Below are positions 20,234 through 30,132 of a stretch of 64,000 nucleotides of DNA, piece after piece. Location: positions 3,744,001 through 3,808,000 of the forward strand of contig OZ220733.1 in assembly GCA_965116875.1 (NCBI GenBank), given 5' to 3'. Position 1 is the first letter of the stretch; the number at the start of each line of letters is the position of its first letter. Made by a program: the position numbers and the translations under genes. The DNA comes from Candidatus Latescibacterota bacterium (GTDB lineage Bacteria > Latescibacterota > UBA2968 > GCA-2709665). Under the pieces are notes generated by a model. It was not told where the DNA came from. It did not search any database and was given only the letters and a program-made list of their open reading frames with translations.

Positions 20234-20259
20234 TTCAGGCGCCTTTTCCGTCTATAAGA

Positions 20260-21033
20260 CTACTCGCCCCATGCCTTCCGGATCCACGGCACGGCCGCCT
20301 TCAAGGGCTCAAGAAACAGTTCGATCTGGTAGTGAGTCACTTCGCGAACGATAATCATCTCGATTGGCACGTCGTTTTCCTTCAGCGTCCGCACGGTCGT
20401 TTCCACGGGTTCGAACGCAACCACCTCGTCCGCGATGCTGTGGATCACAAGCAGAGGAACCTGCCAGTCCACTTCGGTGGCATCCTCCTCCGGGCTCGCC
20501 GATATGGGAATTGCCGCCCGGAACAGGTCCGGGTGCCTCGCCGCAAGATACCAGGCGCCCCTTCCGCCCATGCTGAAACCCGTTACAAGCGTTTTGGTTT
20601 CGTCAATCGCGTAATTTGCCTTGATCGCCCGGATCAGATCGAGTACATGCTTCTCGCTGTCCTCGCTGTCCCAGCTCTGCCCGACGACTTCGGGCGCCAC
20701 GATAATCGCCTCAAGATCCTCCAGCGCGGGCGATATCAGAACTTCCAGCAGCCGGCTTCCGTAATAAGGCACCACGATACCGCCGTAGTGCAGCGACAGG
20801 ACCAGTGGCGTAGCTTGTCCGGCGTTGTAGCCCGACGGGATGAGAAGGGTGTACCGCTGTCCTCCCGGCGACAACTCCCTGTTATAGATACCCGGTGACT
20901 GGGGCAGGACGTCCTCCTCGGGCCCGGCCGGATCGTCAGAACCGCAGGCTGCCGCCAGAACCGCAAGCATTCCTGCCAGAAACCAGTGAACCGCTGGTGA
21001 TTTTTTCCTTAACCCCCGGCGTAAGTTTATCAT
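20260..21033 (-). CDS. Secreted alpha/beta hydrolase (esterase/peptidase-like lipoprotein)
   Basis: Lipobox LAAAC, PLVLSLHYGG, nucleophile TGFSMGG, IHSIADEVV, His near C-terminus. Confidence 0.8.
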   Translation of the reverse strand: MINLRRGLRKKSPAVHWFLAGMLAVLAAACGSDDPAGPEEDVLPQSPGIYNRELSPGGQRYTLLIPSGYNAGQATPLVLSLHYGGIVVPYYGSRLLEVLISPALEDLEAIIVAPEVVGQSWDSEDSEKHVLDLIRAIKANYAIDETKTLVTGFSMGGRGAWYLAARHPDLFRAAIPISASPEEDATEVDWQVPLLVIHSIADEVVAFEPVETTVRTLKENDVPIEMIIVREVTHYQIELFLEPLKAAVPWIRKAWGE

Positions 21034-21123
21034 ATCTTCCTCGTAGTTGTCCGCGGGAACGAAAAGGCTCTCTTCAATATACGGGAACGGCGACTCACAA
21101 CAAAGCACGTTAAGGGAACATCC

Positions 21124-22743
21124 ATGACCGGGGCCGACATTCTGATCCGGAGCCTCAAGGCCCAGAACGTCCGCTGTATCGTGGGCATGCCGGGCAACCA
21201 GAACATCGATATCTACGATGCCCTGCTGCGTACCGGTGGCATCGACCATTACCTCATACGCAACGAGCAGGGCGCGACGCTTGTCGCCAACGGGTTTGCC
21301 CGCGCATCGGGAGAAGTGGGGGTTGCGCTTACGGTCCCCGGCCCGGGCGCCACCAACGCATCCACCGGCATCGTCGACGCCCACACGGACTGCGTTCCCG
21401 TGCTGCTGATCACCGGCGGCACCGAAGTGGCCTATAACGGGCGAGACCGGAGCAAATGCTTCCACGGGCTCGACCAGGCCGCGTTCTTTGCGCCGATCAC
21501 CCGGTTCTTCGCCCGCCCGGAACGCGTCGAGGACATCCCCGAAGCCGTCAGGGGCGCGTTCGCCGCATTGCGTGCGCCCAGGCCGGGGCCGGCCGTAATC
21601 GAACTGCCCATGGACGTTGCCGCCGCGACCGGCGAAGCCGACGTTTCCGCGTACGTGGAAGGAAACCGGCCCGCGCCCGACCCGGCCGACCTGCGCCGCG
21701 TCGCGGAAGCGATCGCCCGCATGGAGCGGCCGGCCATCCTCACCGGCGGCAATACGGCCGATGCGGACGCGACGTCCGAACTCAGGGCATTGTCGGAATC
21801 ACTCGGGGCGCCCGTGCTTTTCAGCCGGCTCGGCAAGGGGGTTTTTCCCGACTCCCATCCGTTTTCCGGGGGCCACTGCCGCGGTCGGCTGGCAGGGAAC
21901 GTCCTTCGCGAGGCGGACGGGCTGATTGCAGTCGGTTGCCGGTTCACGCAGATCGACACCTCCGGATGGACCATGGAAATGCCGCCGCTGCGGGTACAGC
22001 TGGATCCGGACCCGGCCGAACTCGGGCGCGAAGTCGGCATTGACGCGGGCGCCGCCGGGGACCTGAAACAGTCGCTGCCCGCGCTGCTGGAAGCGCTGGA
22101 TGAAACGGAAAGAACGGGTGAAGTCTGGATGGATACTCTGTTTCGAACCCGGGATGAAATCGCGCGGTCCCGCCGGCCACTGCCGATCATGTCTGCCATG
22201 AGAGAGCGTCTCGACGCGGACGCCATCGTATCGGTGGACGTGACTTCCATCGGGTACCGGTCCTTCGACGAGTTCCCCGTGGATTACCCGCGCTGCTTCA
22301 TGTACCCATGCCATTCAGTCACACTCGGATTCGCGGCGCCGGCCGCGATTGGCGCGAAACTCGCACAGCCGCACCGGCAGGTGGCCGCCTTCTGCGGCGA
22401 CGGCGGGTTTCAGATGACCGCTTTCGAGCTGGCTACCGCGGCCGAACACGGGATCGAGATCATTTGCGTGGTCATCAACGACGGCAGCCTCAGCGCGATC
22501 CGGGGCGCCCAGGCCAAGGCATTCAACGGGCGAACCATCGACACGGACATGCAGACGCCGCGCATCGCGGACCTTGCCCGCTCCATGGGCGCCAGGGGCG
22601 TTCGCGTGGATGATCCGGACCGTTTCCCAGTCGTCTTCGCCGACGTCATCGGCCTCGAGGGACCGACTGTAATCGAAGTCGTGATGCAGAAACAGCGGGA
22701 TGCGCTCATCCGACAGGTGCCCTGGTTGCATCCCGACAAATGA
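21124..22743 (+). CDS. Thiamine pyrophosphate-binding enzyme (acetolactate synthase-like)
   Basis: IRNEQGA, GPGATN, GDGGFQM...VINDG TPP motif. Confidence 0.9.
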   Translation: MTGADILIRSLKAQNVRCIVGMPGNQNIDIYDALLRTGGIDHYLIRNEQGATLVANGFARASGEVGVALTVPGPGATNASTGIVDAHTDCVPVLLITGGTEVAYNGRDRSKCFHGLDQAAFFAPITRFFARPERVEDIPEAVRGAFAALRAPRPGPAVIELPMDVAAATGEADVSAYVEGNRPAPDPADLRRVAEAIARMERPAILTGGNTADADATSELRALSESLGAPVLFSRLGKGVFPDSHPFSGGHCRGRLAGNVLREADGLIAVGCRFTQIDTSGWTMEMPPLRVQLDPDPAELGREVGIDAGAAGDLKQSLPALLEALDETERTGEVWMDTLFRTRDEIARSRRPLPIMSAMRERLDADAIVSVDVTSIGYRSFDEFPVDYPRCFMYPCHSVTLGFAAPAAIGAKLAQPHRQVAAFCGDGGFQMTAFELATAAEHGIEIICVVINDGSLSAIRGAQAKAFNGRTIDTDMQTPRIADLARSMGARGVRVDDPDRFPVVFADVIGLEGPTVIEVVMQKQRDALIRQVPWLHPDK

Positions 22744-22765
22744 ATTCGAGAGAAAGCGAGGCGAG

Positions 22766-23899
22766 ATGAAAATAACAGAGGTGAAGACCATTCCCGTCTT
22801 CTACGGTTCCAGGAACTATCTCTTCGTCAAGATCGAAACCGATGACGGCATCTACGGAGTCGGCGAATTCGGCATCACGTGGAAAGAGCAGGCCGGCGTC
22901 GGCGCCATACGCCACATGGCCTCGGATCTCGTCGGTCAGGATCCGCTCAACATAGAATACATCTGGCAGGTCCTCTTCAGGGGCGATTTCTTCCCCGGCG
23001 GGCGCATTCACATGGCCGCGATCAGTGCGATCGATATCGCCCTGTGGGACATCAAGGGCAAGGCCCTGGGCCAGCCGGTCTACATGCTGCTCGGCGGCCG
23101 GCTTCGGGACCGCGTGGTCTGTTACACAGGCATCGGCGGCGGGACGCCCGAAGAGACGGCCCGATCGGCGAAAAACCGGGTCTCCGAAGGGTGGAAATAC
23201 CTCCGCATGTCCGTGCTCGATCGGGACGGCATCCTGGAGCCCTCCACGGCCGTTCGAGATTCCGTCGCGCATTTCGCCGCGGCCCGTGAAGCCGTCGGTC
23301 CGGAAGTCGAGATCTGCATCGACGTTCACACCCGGCTGGACCCGCCCGACACCATCCGGCTGGGCCGCAAACTGGAACCGTTCGATCCGTTTTTCATCGA
23401 AGACCCGCTCAGATGTGAGAACCCGCAGACGTATCGACTGGTCCGCAACCACGTCAACTGCCCGCTTGCGGTTGGCGAACACTATGCCACCAAGTGGGAA
23501 TTCCGCCAGCTCATCGAAGAAGAACTGGCTGACTACGCGCGGATCGACCTCTGTATTGTCGGCGGTCTCACGGAGGCGCGCAAAGTGGCCAATTGGGCCG
23601 AGACCCACTACATCAAGATCGTGCCGCACAATCCGCTCGGGCCCGTTTCGGCCGCAGCCTGTCTCCACCTGGACGTTGCCACGGACAATTTCGCCGTGCA
23701 GGAGGGCGGTCTGGTGGGGCGCACCGTCATGGAAGACCTGTTTCCCGTTCAGGTGCCTTACGAGGCGGGTTACCTCATTGCGCCGGACCGGCCCGGACTG
23801 GGGGTCGAATTCGACGAGGCCGCGGCGGGGAAGTATCCGTTCCGGTGGGGACACGGCCCCCGCCTGCAACGGGAAGACGGATCGTTCACCAACTGGTAG
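22766..23899 (+). CDS. Mandelate racemase/muconate lactonizing enzyme family (galactonate/mannonate dehydratase-like)
   Basis: AISAIDIALWDIKGK, IDVH, FIEDP, AVGE, PHNPLGP, PGLGVEFD. Confidence 0.9.
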   Translation: MKITEVKTIPVFYGSRNYLFVKIETDDGIYGVGEFGITWKEQAGVGAIRHMASDLVGQDPLNIEYIWQVLFRGDFFPGGRIHMAAISAIDIALWDIKGKALGQPVYMLLGGRLRDRVVCYTGIGGGTPEETARSAKNRVSEGWKYLRMSVLDRDGILEPSTAVRDSVAHFAAAREAVGPEVEICIDVHTRLDPPDTIRLGRKLEPFDPFFIEDPLRCENPQTYRLVRNHVNCPLAVGEHYATKWEFRQLIEEELADYARIDLCIVGGLTEARKVANWAETHYIKIVPHNPLGPVSAAACLHLDVATDNFAVQEGGLVGRTVMEDLFPVQVPYEAGYLIAPDRPGLGVEFDEAAAGKYPFRWGHGPRLQREDGSFTNW

Positions 23900-23935
23900 G
23901 CATTCCGGGAGGCGCATACGGGGGACGCGGCAACG

Positions 23936-23974
23936 AAAAAGGGTTACGCCAACAAGGCGTAACCCTTTGTTTTT
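23936..23974. terminator. Bidirectional intrinsic terminator
   Basis: AAAGGGTTACGCC-AACAA-GGCGTAACCCTTT with A/T tracts on both sides, between convergent genes. Confidence 0.8.
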
Positions 23975-24061
23975 TGGTGCCGAAGCCGAGACTCGAACTC
24001 GGACGGGCATGCGCCCACTGCGCCCTCAACACAGCGTGTCTACCATTTCCACCACTTCGGC
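23975..24061 (-). tRNA. tRNA-Leu (GAG)
   Basis: GCCGAAG acceptor stem, anticodon arm CTGTG-TTGAGGG-CGCAG, long variable arm, TTCGA T-loop, encoded CCA; lies downstream of secG. Confidence 0.95.
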
Positions 24062-24157
24062 ATCAACGAACCGACCGTCTGCCGCGCCGATCACGGGCGA
24101 AACGGCCGAGATATGCACTCGATCGAACGTTGACGTTCCGGGTGTCGGAAGGAGTTG

Positions 24158-24553
24158 TTACCGTACCGTATCGGCCGGCGACGTTGCCGGCGCGGTACGT
24201 TCGGTTGCGGCGCCCTGTCCTGCCTGGTCCAGCGGCTGAGGCAGCCCGGCCGGCGTACTCTGAAGCGGAACGGGCTGTTCCCTGAGGGCCCGCTCGGCCG
24301 CGGTTTCGGGAGCCGAACTGTCGCCCCTGGACGCGTACCAGAGTCCTATACAGGTCAGAAAAAACACAACCGCCAGAACGGTGGTTACCTTGCTCAGGAA
24401 CGTTGCGGCGCCCGCGCCGCCAAACATGGCGCTTCCGCCGCCTCCGCCGCCGAACGCAGTGGAAAGTCCGCCCCCCTTGCTGGCCTGCAACAGGATGGTG
24501 ACGATCAGAACCAGGCAAACCAGAATATGTACGATCAGAAGAAGCGTTTCCAT
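24158..24553 (-). CDS. secG: Preprotein translocase subunit SecG
   Basis: ILLQASKGGGL...FGG...LSKVT; tpiA-secG-tRNA-Leu synteny. Confidence 0.93.
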   Translation of the reverse strand: METLLLIVHILVCLVLIVTILLQASKGGGLSTAFGGGGGGSAMFGGAGAATFLSKVTTVLAVVFFLTCIGLWYASRGDSSAPETAAERALREQPVPLQSTPAGLPQPLDQAGQGAATERTAPATSPADTVR

Positions 24554-24566
24554 ATGTAATCCAGGA

Positions 24567-25328
24567 CTAAATCACGGCCTTCACGATGGCCGCGAATGAA
24601 TCGGGCTCGAGCGAAGCCCCGCCGATCAATCCGCCGTCAATATTGGGCATGTCGAACAGTTCGGCGGCATTATCGGCCTTAACGGATCCCCCGTATTGGA
24701 TTCGCACTGCCCGCGCGACGTTGTCGTTGTAGAGTTCCCGCAAGACGCGGCGGATGGACGTATGAACGGTCTCGGCCTCTGAGGGCGTGGCCGTCAGGCC
24801 CGTGCCGATGGCCCACACGGGTTCATACGCGACCACGCAGCCCGCCGCAGCCGTTGGCTGCACATTGGCAAACGCCGCCGTAACCTGCCGCCGCACCACC
24901 CGTTCGGTTGCCCCCGATCGACGCTCCTCGATCGTCTCACCCACACAGACGATGGGCTTGAGCTCGGCGCTCAGTGCAGCCCTAAGCCGCTGATTTACAG
25001 TTGTATCCGTTTCACCGAACCAGGTGCGTCGTTCAGAGTGTCCTAATATAACGTACTCACATCCGCATGTCAACAGCATCCCCGCGGAAACCTCCCCCGT
25101 AAACGCCCCGTCAGCCGCCCAGTGCAGATTCTGCGCACCCAACTTCACCGGACTGTCCCCCAACACGTTACGGACCCGGTCCAGAACCGTGAAAGCGGGA
25201 CACACCACAATCTCAACCTTTGCCGTGTCGTCCAGTGAATTCACGATCCCCCTCGCAAGCTGCTCCGCCTCGCCGGACGCCATGTGCATCTTCCAGTTGC
25301 CTGCCACGATGGGCACGCGCATTGCCAC
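24567..25328 (-). CDS. tpiA: Triosephosphate isomerase
   Basis: AGNWKM, GHSERR, AYEPVWAIGTG, YGGSV, IGGASL. Confidence 0.97.
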   Translation of the reverse strand: MAMRVPIVAGNWKMHMASGEAEQLARGIVNSLDDTAKVEIVVCPAFTVLDRVRNVLGDSPVKLGAQNLHWAADGAFTGEVSAGMLLTCGCEYVILGHSERRTWFGETDTTVNQRLRAALSAELKPIVCVGETIEERRSGATERVVRRQVTAAFANVQPTAAAGCVVAYEPVWAIGTGLTATPSEAETVHTSIRRVLRELYNDNVARAVRIQYGGSVKADNAAELFDMPNIDGGLIGGASLEPDSFAAIVKAVI

Positions 25329-25361
25329 CTCCCCCCGTGTTTTCGAATCAGCCCGCGTGAT

Positions 25362-26555
25362 TTACGTTTGACGATCGGCCAACGCGGCCACGCCCGGCAG
25401 CTGTTTTCCTTCCAGGAATTCCAGGAAGGCGCCTCCGCCGGTGGATACATGTCCGAGCCTGTCCGCGAGACCGCAGGTCGTCAGGGCCGCGACCGTTTCT
25501 CCGCCGCCGGCCAGTGTATTGGCGCCCTTTGACGAAGCCGTTGCCACCGCGTGCGCCACCGCCGTGGTTCCCCCGGCAAATGCAGGGACTTCCGATACCC
25601 CCATCGGCCCGTTCCATACCACGGATCCCGCGTTGAGGATCTCTTTCGTAAAGACGGAACGGGTCCCGGGCCCGATATCGAACCCTTCCAGTTCCGGCGG
25701 AATCTCTTCACGCGGCACAACCTGTGACGCGGCGCCGTCGCGGGTCTCGTCGGCAACCACGCAGTCCGTGGGCAGCAGCAACCGGACCTCTGCGTCGGCG
25801 GCGCGCTGCAGCAGGACTTCCGCCATCCCCACCCGGTCCGCCTCGAGCAGGGACCGCCCGATCTCCAGTCCCATCGCCTTGAAGAACGTGTACGACATGC
25901 CTCCCCCGATCAGGAGCGTATCGACGAGGGTCAGCAGATGCTGGATGACGTCGATCTTGCCCGAGATCTTGGCGCCGCCCAGTACGGCGACAAACGGCCT
26001 GGCGGGGTCGGCCAACGCGCTTTCAAGAGAATCCAGTTCCCGTAGCATCAGAAACCCGGCCGCACAGTCCACGAAGTGGTGGGTGACGCCTTCCGTGGAT
26101 GCATGGGCCCGGTGGGCCGTTCCGAATGCGTCGTTCACGTAGGCCGAACCCAGTTCACAGAGCCGGCGGGCGAATTCCGGATCGTTTGCCTCCTCCTCTA
26201 CGTGAAACCTTAAATTCTCCAGCATCACCACTCCATCGGCGCGTTTTGCGATCGCCTCCACTTCAGGGCCCACGCAATCCGGCGCCATGGTCACCTCCCG
26301 ACCCATCAACTCGCCGAGGCGAACGGCCGCGGGCTTCAGCGACAGTTCGGGAACGACCTGACCCTTCGGCCTGCCAAGGTGCGACATCAGGATCGGTATC
26401 CCGCCACGCTCCAATATATGCCGGAGCGTAGGCACGGCGGACCGAATCCGCGTATCGTCGCCAACCTCGCCATTCTGGAGCGGCACGTTGAAATCCACCC
26501 GCACCAGCACACGGCGTCCGGCAAGATCCAGATCCCGAACGGAAAGCTTCGCCAT
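25362..26555 (-). CDS. pgk: Phosphoglycerate kinase
   Basis: VRVDFNVP, SHLGRP, LENLRF, NDAFGTAHRAHAS, STGGGA. Confidence 0.97.
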   Translation of the reverse strand: MAKLSVRDLDLAGRRVLVRVDFNVPLQNGEVGDDTRIRSAVPTLRHILERGGIPILMSHLGRPKGQVVPELSLKPAAVRLGELMGREVTMAPDCVGPEVEAIAKRADGVVMLENLRFHVEEEANDPEFARRLCELGSAYVNDAFGTAHRAHASTEGVTHHFVDCAAGFLMLRELDSLESALADPARPFVAVLGGAKISGKIDVIQHLLTLVDTLLIGGGMSYTFFKAMGLEIGRSLLEADRVGMAEVLLQRAADAEVRLLLPTDCVVADETRDGAASQVVPREEIPPELEGFDIGPGTRSVFTKEILNAGSVVWNGPMGVSEVPAFAGGTTAVAHAVATASSKGANTLAGGGETVAALTTCGLADRLGHVSTGGGAFLEFLEGKQLPGVAALADRQT

Positions 26556-26712
26556 GTTTCCTTCCCTGCCAGTTATAAGAGAGGGAGCCGTCCCGCGTGG
26601 TACGGCTCCCGCATGCCAGCTTTCGTACGTTTGTCCGAAAGCGGTCTTCCTGATTCGTACCTGGTCAACTCCGGGGCGCGCCGCTCACCGTTCGGCCGGG
26701 TCCCAACGGAGT

Positions 26713-27723
26713 CTACGTGTGTGCAAAGCGTGTACCCAACACCTCCACGAGGTCCACGCACCGGCAGGAATACCCCCATTCGTTATCGTACCATCCGCAC
26801 ACCTTGACCATATTCCCGCACATGACCGTTGTCATTTCCGAATCGAACACGCAGGAATGGGGATTGCCGATGATGTCCGCCGAGACGAGGGGTTCGTCCG
26901 AATACTCCAGAATGCCATTCAGCCGGCCCTCGGAAGCCGACCTGAACGCTTCGTTGACGGACTCCGGGGTGGTCGGCCTTCGCAGCGTCGCCACAAAATC
27001 CGTATAGGAGCCGTCGGGGGTTGGGACACGCACGGCCATCCCGTCCAGGTTGCCGTTCAGTTCGGGGATCACCTGGCCCACGGCGCTGGCGGCCCCGGTT
27101 GTCGTGGGGATCATGGACAGGGCCGCTGACCTCGCCCTGCGCAAGTCCGGGTGCGGCGCGTCGATCATGCGCTGGTCGCCGGTATAGGCGTGAATGGTCG
27201 TCATCAGCCCTTTCTCAACGCCGAATGCCTCGTGCAGGACGCTTACCATCGGGGCCAGGCAGTTCGTGGTGCAGGATGCATTGGAAATCACACTGTCCTG
27301 TTCGGTCAACGTTTCGTGGTTGATGCCCATCACCACCGTCGGCACGTCGCCCCTGGCCGGGGCCGAGATAATCACCCGGCCGGCGCCTGCCTTGAGGTGC
27401 TTTCCGGCGCTGTCCCTGTCCGTGAAGAACCCCGTTGACTCGATGACCACGTCCACGCCCAGTGTTCGCCAGGGCAACATGACCGGGTCGCGCTCGGCCA
27501 GAACGATGACCTCGCTGCCGTCCACGTCGAGCGATTTTTCCCTGATTTCGATATTTCCGGGGTACCTCCCGTGCGTCGAGTCGTATTTCAGCAAATGACC
27601 CAGCGTACCCGCGTCGGTCAGATCGTTTACCGCTACGACGTCGATGCCGGGTCTGCGCATCGCCGCGCGGAAGACGAGCCGGCCGATGCGTCCGAATCCG
27701 TTAATGGCCACCTTGATCGCCAT
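26713..27723 (-). CDS. gap: Type I glyceraldehyde-3-phosphate dehydrogenase
   Basis: INGFGRIGR, SNASCTTNCLAP, WYDNEWGYS. Confidence 0.97.
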   Translation of the reverse strand: MAIKVAINGFGRIGRLVFRAAMRRPGIDVVAVNDLTDAGTLGHLLKYDSTHGRYPGNIEIREKSLDVDGSEVIVLAERDPVMLPWRTLGVDVVIESTGFFTDRDSAGKHLKAGAGRVIISAPARGDVPTVVMGINHETLTEQDSVISNASCTTNCLAPMVSVLHEAFGVEKGLMTTIHAYTGDQRMIDAPHPDLRRARSAALSMIPTTTGAASAVGQVIPELNGNLDGMAVRVPTPDGSYTDFVATLRRPTTPESVNEAFRSASEGRLNGILEYSDEPLVSADIIGNPHSCVFDSEMTTVMCGNMVKVCGWYDNEWGYSCRCVDLVEVLGTRFAHT

Positions 27724-27960
27724 CTGGTCTACCTCCAGGTCAAAGACAAACCGGTCGGCCGATCGCCGCCGGGGAATGCGGGCTAAGAAGTGGATTCACG
27801 GAACAGTCGACGTGTCCGCGCGCACCCTGCAAAGGCACAGATGTGCGTAAGTCACCAACATCGAGTACTGTTGGCACTGGTGTTCCGTCCCGGAAATAAG
27901 TTGCCTGAATCGCCGGTCGAATGGCGAGGAATTTTTGGGACAGAACACAGGAATTCGACG

Positions 27961-28998
27961 CTATCCGAAAAAGACCCTGGCGATATCGTACAGGTTCATA
28001 TCCACCGTACGCAGCTTGGATACCGCGTCTTTCAGCGGCACAGATACGATATCTGTGCCCCGCAGCGCCACCATATTGCCGAAGTCGCCAGCGTGGACGA
28101 GGTCGATCGCGGCAATACCGAAGCGAGTGCCCAGGACCCGGTCGAACGCGGTCGGGTTGCCTCCGCGCTGGATATGTCCCAGCACCGTCACCCGGGTTTC
28201 GAAACCCGTTCGTCTTTCGATTTCTTCCCCGAGTACGATGCCGATCCCGCCAAGTCGCACGTGACCGAAGGCATCGCGTTCCTCGGACTGGAGTACCAGA
28301 GATTCGTCGGACAGCCTGGCGCCCTCGGCCACCACCACGATACTGAAGGTCTTGCCCCGGTCGTGGCGTTTCTGGATGGAAGTACAAACCATTTCCAGGT
28401 CGACCGCCTGCTCGGGAATCAGGACCATGTCGGCGCCGCCGGCAATGCCTGCCTCCACGGCGATCCATCCCGCATGACGGCCCATCACTTCCACCACCAT
28501 CACCCGGTTGTGTGACTCGGCGGTGGTATGCAGCCTGTCGATGGCGTCGGTGACCGTATTGATCGCCGTATCGAATCCGAAGGTCTGGTCCGTGCCGTCC
28601 AGGTCATTGTCGATGGTTTTTGGTACGCCGATTACGTTCACGCCGTCTTCGTACAGCCTGCTGGCCACACCGACGGTGTCGTCTCCGCCAATGGCAATCA
28701 GCGCATCGAGCTCCATCCTGCCCATGTTCTGCTTTACAATGTCGCCGCCGTTCGGCTCGTTATACGGATTGGTCCTGGACGTACCCAGGATCGTTCCTCC
28801 TCTGGGCAGAATTCCGGAGACCGCGTTCAGGTCCAGCTGCATCGAAACCCGCTCCAGCATGCCCCTCCAACCCAGCATCACACCCACGATTTCATATCCG
28901 TAGGCGTCTATCCCCTTCCGCGTAACCGCGCGGATTACCGCATTCAGCCCGGGGCAATCGCCGCCGCCCGTTAAAATCCCAACACGCCTGCATGCCAT
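27961..28998 (-). CDS. pfkA: 6-phosphofructokinase, group III, PPi-type signature
   Basis: TGGGDCPGLNA, GGTILGTSR, IGGDDT, PKTIDND, MGRHAGW. Confidence 0.93.
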   Translation of the reverse strand: MACRRVGILTGGGDCPGLNAVIRAVTRKGIDAYGYEIVGVMLGWRGMLERVSMQLDLNAVSGILPRGGTILGTSRTNPYNEPNGGDIVKQNMGRMELDALIAIGGDDTVGVASRLYEDGVNVIGVPKTIDNDLDGTDQTFGFDTAINTVTDAIDRLHTTAESHNRVMVVEVMGRHAGWIAVEAGIAGGADMVLIPEQAVDLEMVCTSIQKRHDRGKTFSIVVVAEGARLSDESLVLQSEERDAFGHVRLGGIGIVLGEEIERRTGFETRVTVLGHIQRGGNPTAFDRVLGTRFGIAAIDLVHAGDFGNMVALRGTDIVSVPLKDAVSKLRTVDMNLYDIARVFFG

Positions 28999-29102
28999 TG
29001 GAGAGCTCCGTACAACGTCCGGTTGAACCCTATAACCTGTCACGCGGAAAGGCTCCGTTTGCACGGTATCCTGTTCGCGATTCTGCTCGTTCGGAACCAG
29101 TA

Positions 29103-29131
29103 AATTTAAGGCATGCCCTGCCTGATGTCAA
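29103..29131 (-). promoter_or_regulatory. sigma70 promoter of the glycolytic operon
   Basis: Minus strand TTGACA-17-TAAATT, about 100 nt upstream of pfk. Confidence 0.65.
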
Positions 29132-29168
29132 GTTGTTTTTTTTGGTCAAAGTGTTTGGAATCAATGCG

Positions 29169-29960
29169 TTAGATAAAAAGATCAGAGCCCGGGACGACCG
29201 TCTGGGCATCGGGTTCTTCTGCGTCGAAATAGGGACACGCGACGGCCGCGACCGTGACTTCGGACGCGCCCGCTTCCAGCAGGGCCCAGGCGCAGGCATT
29301 GGCCGTGGCGCCGGTGGTGACTACGTCGTCCACAAGCAGGACCGGGCGGTTGCTGACCAGGTCCTTTCGGCGCACGACAAAGGCCCCCTCCACGTTGGCG
29401 CCGCGCTCCGATGAGTCCAGATTCGTCTGCGTTTCGGTGGCGCGTACCCGCCTCAACGCGCGGTCCTGGACGGAGAGTTCCAGTACCCGCGCCATGGCCC
29501 GCGCGATCAAACCGCTCTGGTTGTAGCCGCGTTCCCGCAACCTGCTGCCGTGAAGGGGCACCGGCACCACCACCGGCCGGGGTTCCGCCGGGGATTCCCC
29601 TGCAAGCATCCGACCCAGCGCCCGGCCGAGGGTGTGGCCGGCAGCGGTATGACCCTGGTATTTCATCATGTGGACCATGCGCTGCACCGAACGGCTGAAC
29701 GGAGTGAGTGCAGACATCCGGGAGAAAACGTAATCCTTGTCGGCACAATTCGTACAGGGGCGGGAAAGCCCTGGACATCCGCAACGGCCGCACCGCGGAC
29801 CTTTGATAATGCCCAGGGTCTCCCAGCACCCGGGGCAGAGCCCCTCTGATTCGTCCAGCGGTGTTCTGCACAGCAGACAGTGCGGCGGGTATACGAAGGC
29901 CTGAACGGATTCGCATGCGGATCGAAGGAGATGTACGAAAGCATCCCGTTTCCCCTCCAT
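29169..29960 (-). CDS. comF: ComF family protein (zinc ribbons + PRTase)
   Basis: CxxC pairs, VPVPLH..RLRERGYNQS, LVDDVVTTGAT; start uncertain. Confidence 0.9.
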   Translation of the reverse strand: MEGKRDAFVHLLRSACESVQAFVYPPHCLLCRTPLDESEGLCPGCWETLGIIKGPRCGRCGCPGLSRPCTNCADKDYVFSRMSALTPFSRSVQRMVHMMKYQGHTAAGHTLGRALGRMLAGESPAEPRPVVVPVPLHGSRLRERGYNQSGLIARAMARVLELSVQDRALRRVRATETQTNLDSSERGANVEGAFVVRRKDLVSNRPVLLVDDVVTTGATANACAWALLEAGASEVTVAAVACPYFDAEEPDAQTVVPGSDLFI

Positions 29961-30132
29961 GCGATTGGAATCGCGAGAAATGGCTTGCAAAAGCAGCTTC
30001 ATGGCGATACATTCTCCCACCCAATGCGATCGGCCGCGTGTGCCTGCACTGCCGATCCTGGTCGAGTTGATTTCATCTCCCCGCATCTGTAAGACCGCGC
30101 CCCCGATAAGAACCTGTTCCCAGACGTCATCC

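Noticed and set aside
23975-24061. tRNA as an integration site
   Set aside because: No integrase, no duplicated tRNA 3' end seen, and flanking genes have host-like composition
26583-26610. Hairpin GGGAGCCGT-N10-ACGGCTCCC between gap and pgk as a terminator
   Set aside because: No clear U-tract directly after the stem on the coding strand; more likely an mRNA stability hairpin, and single copy in this window
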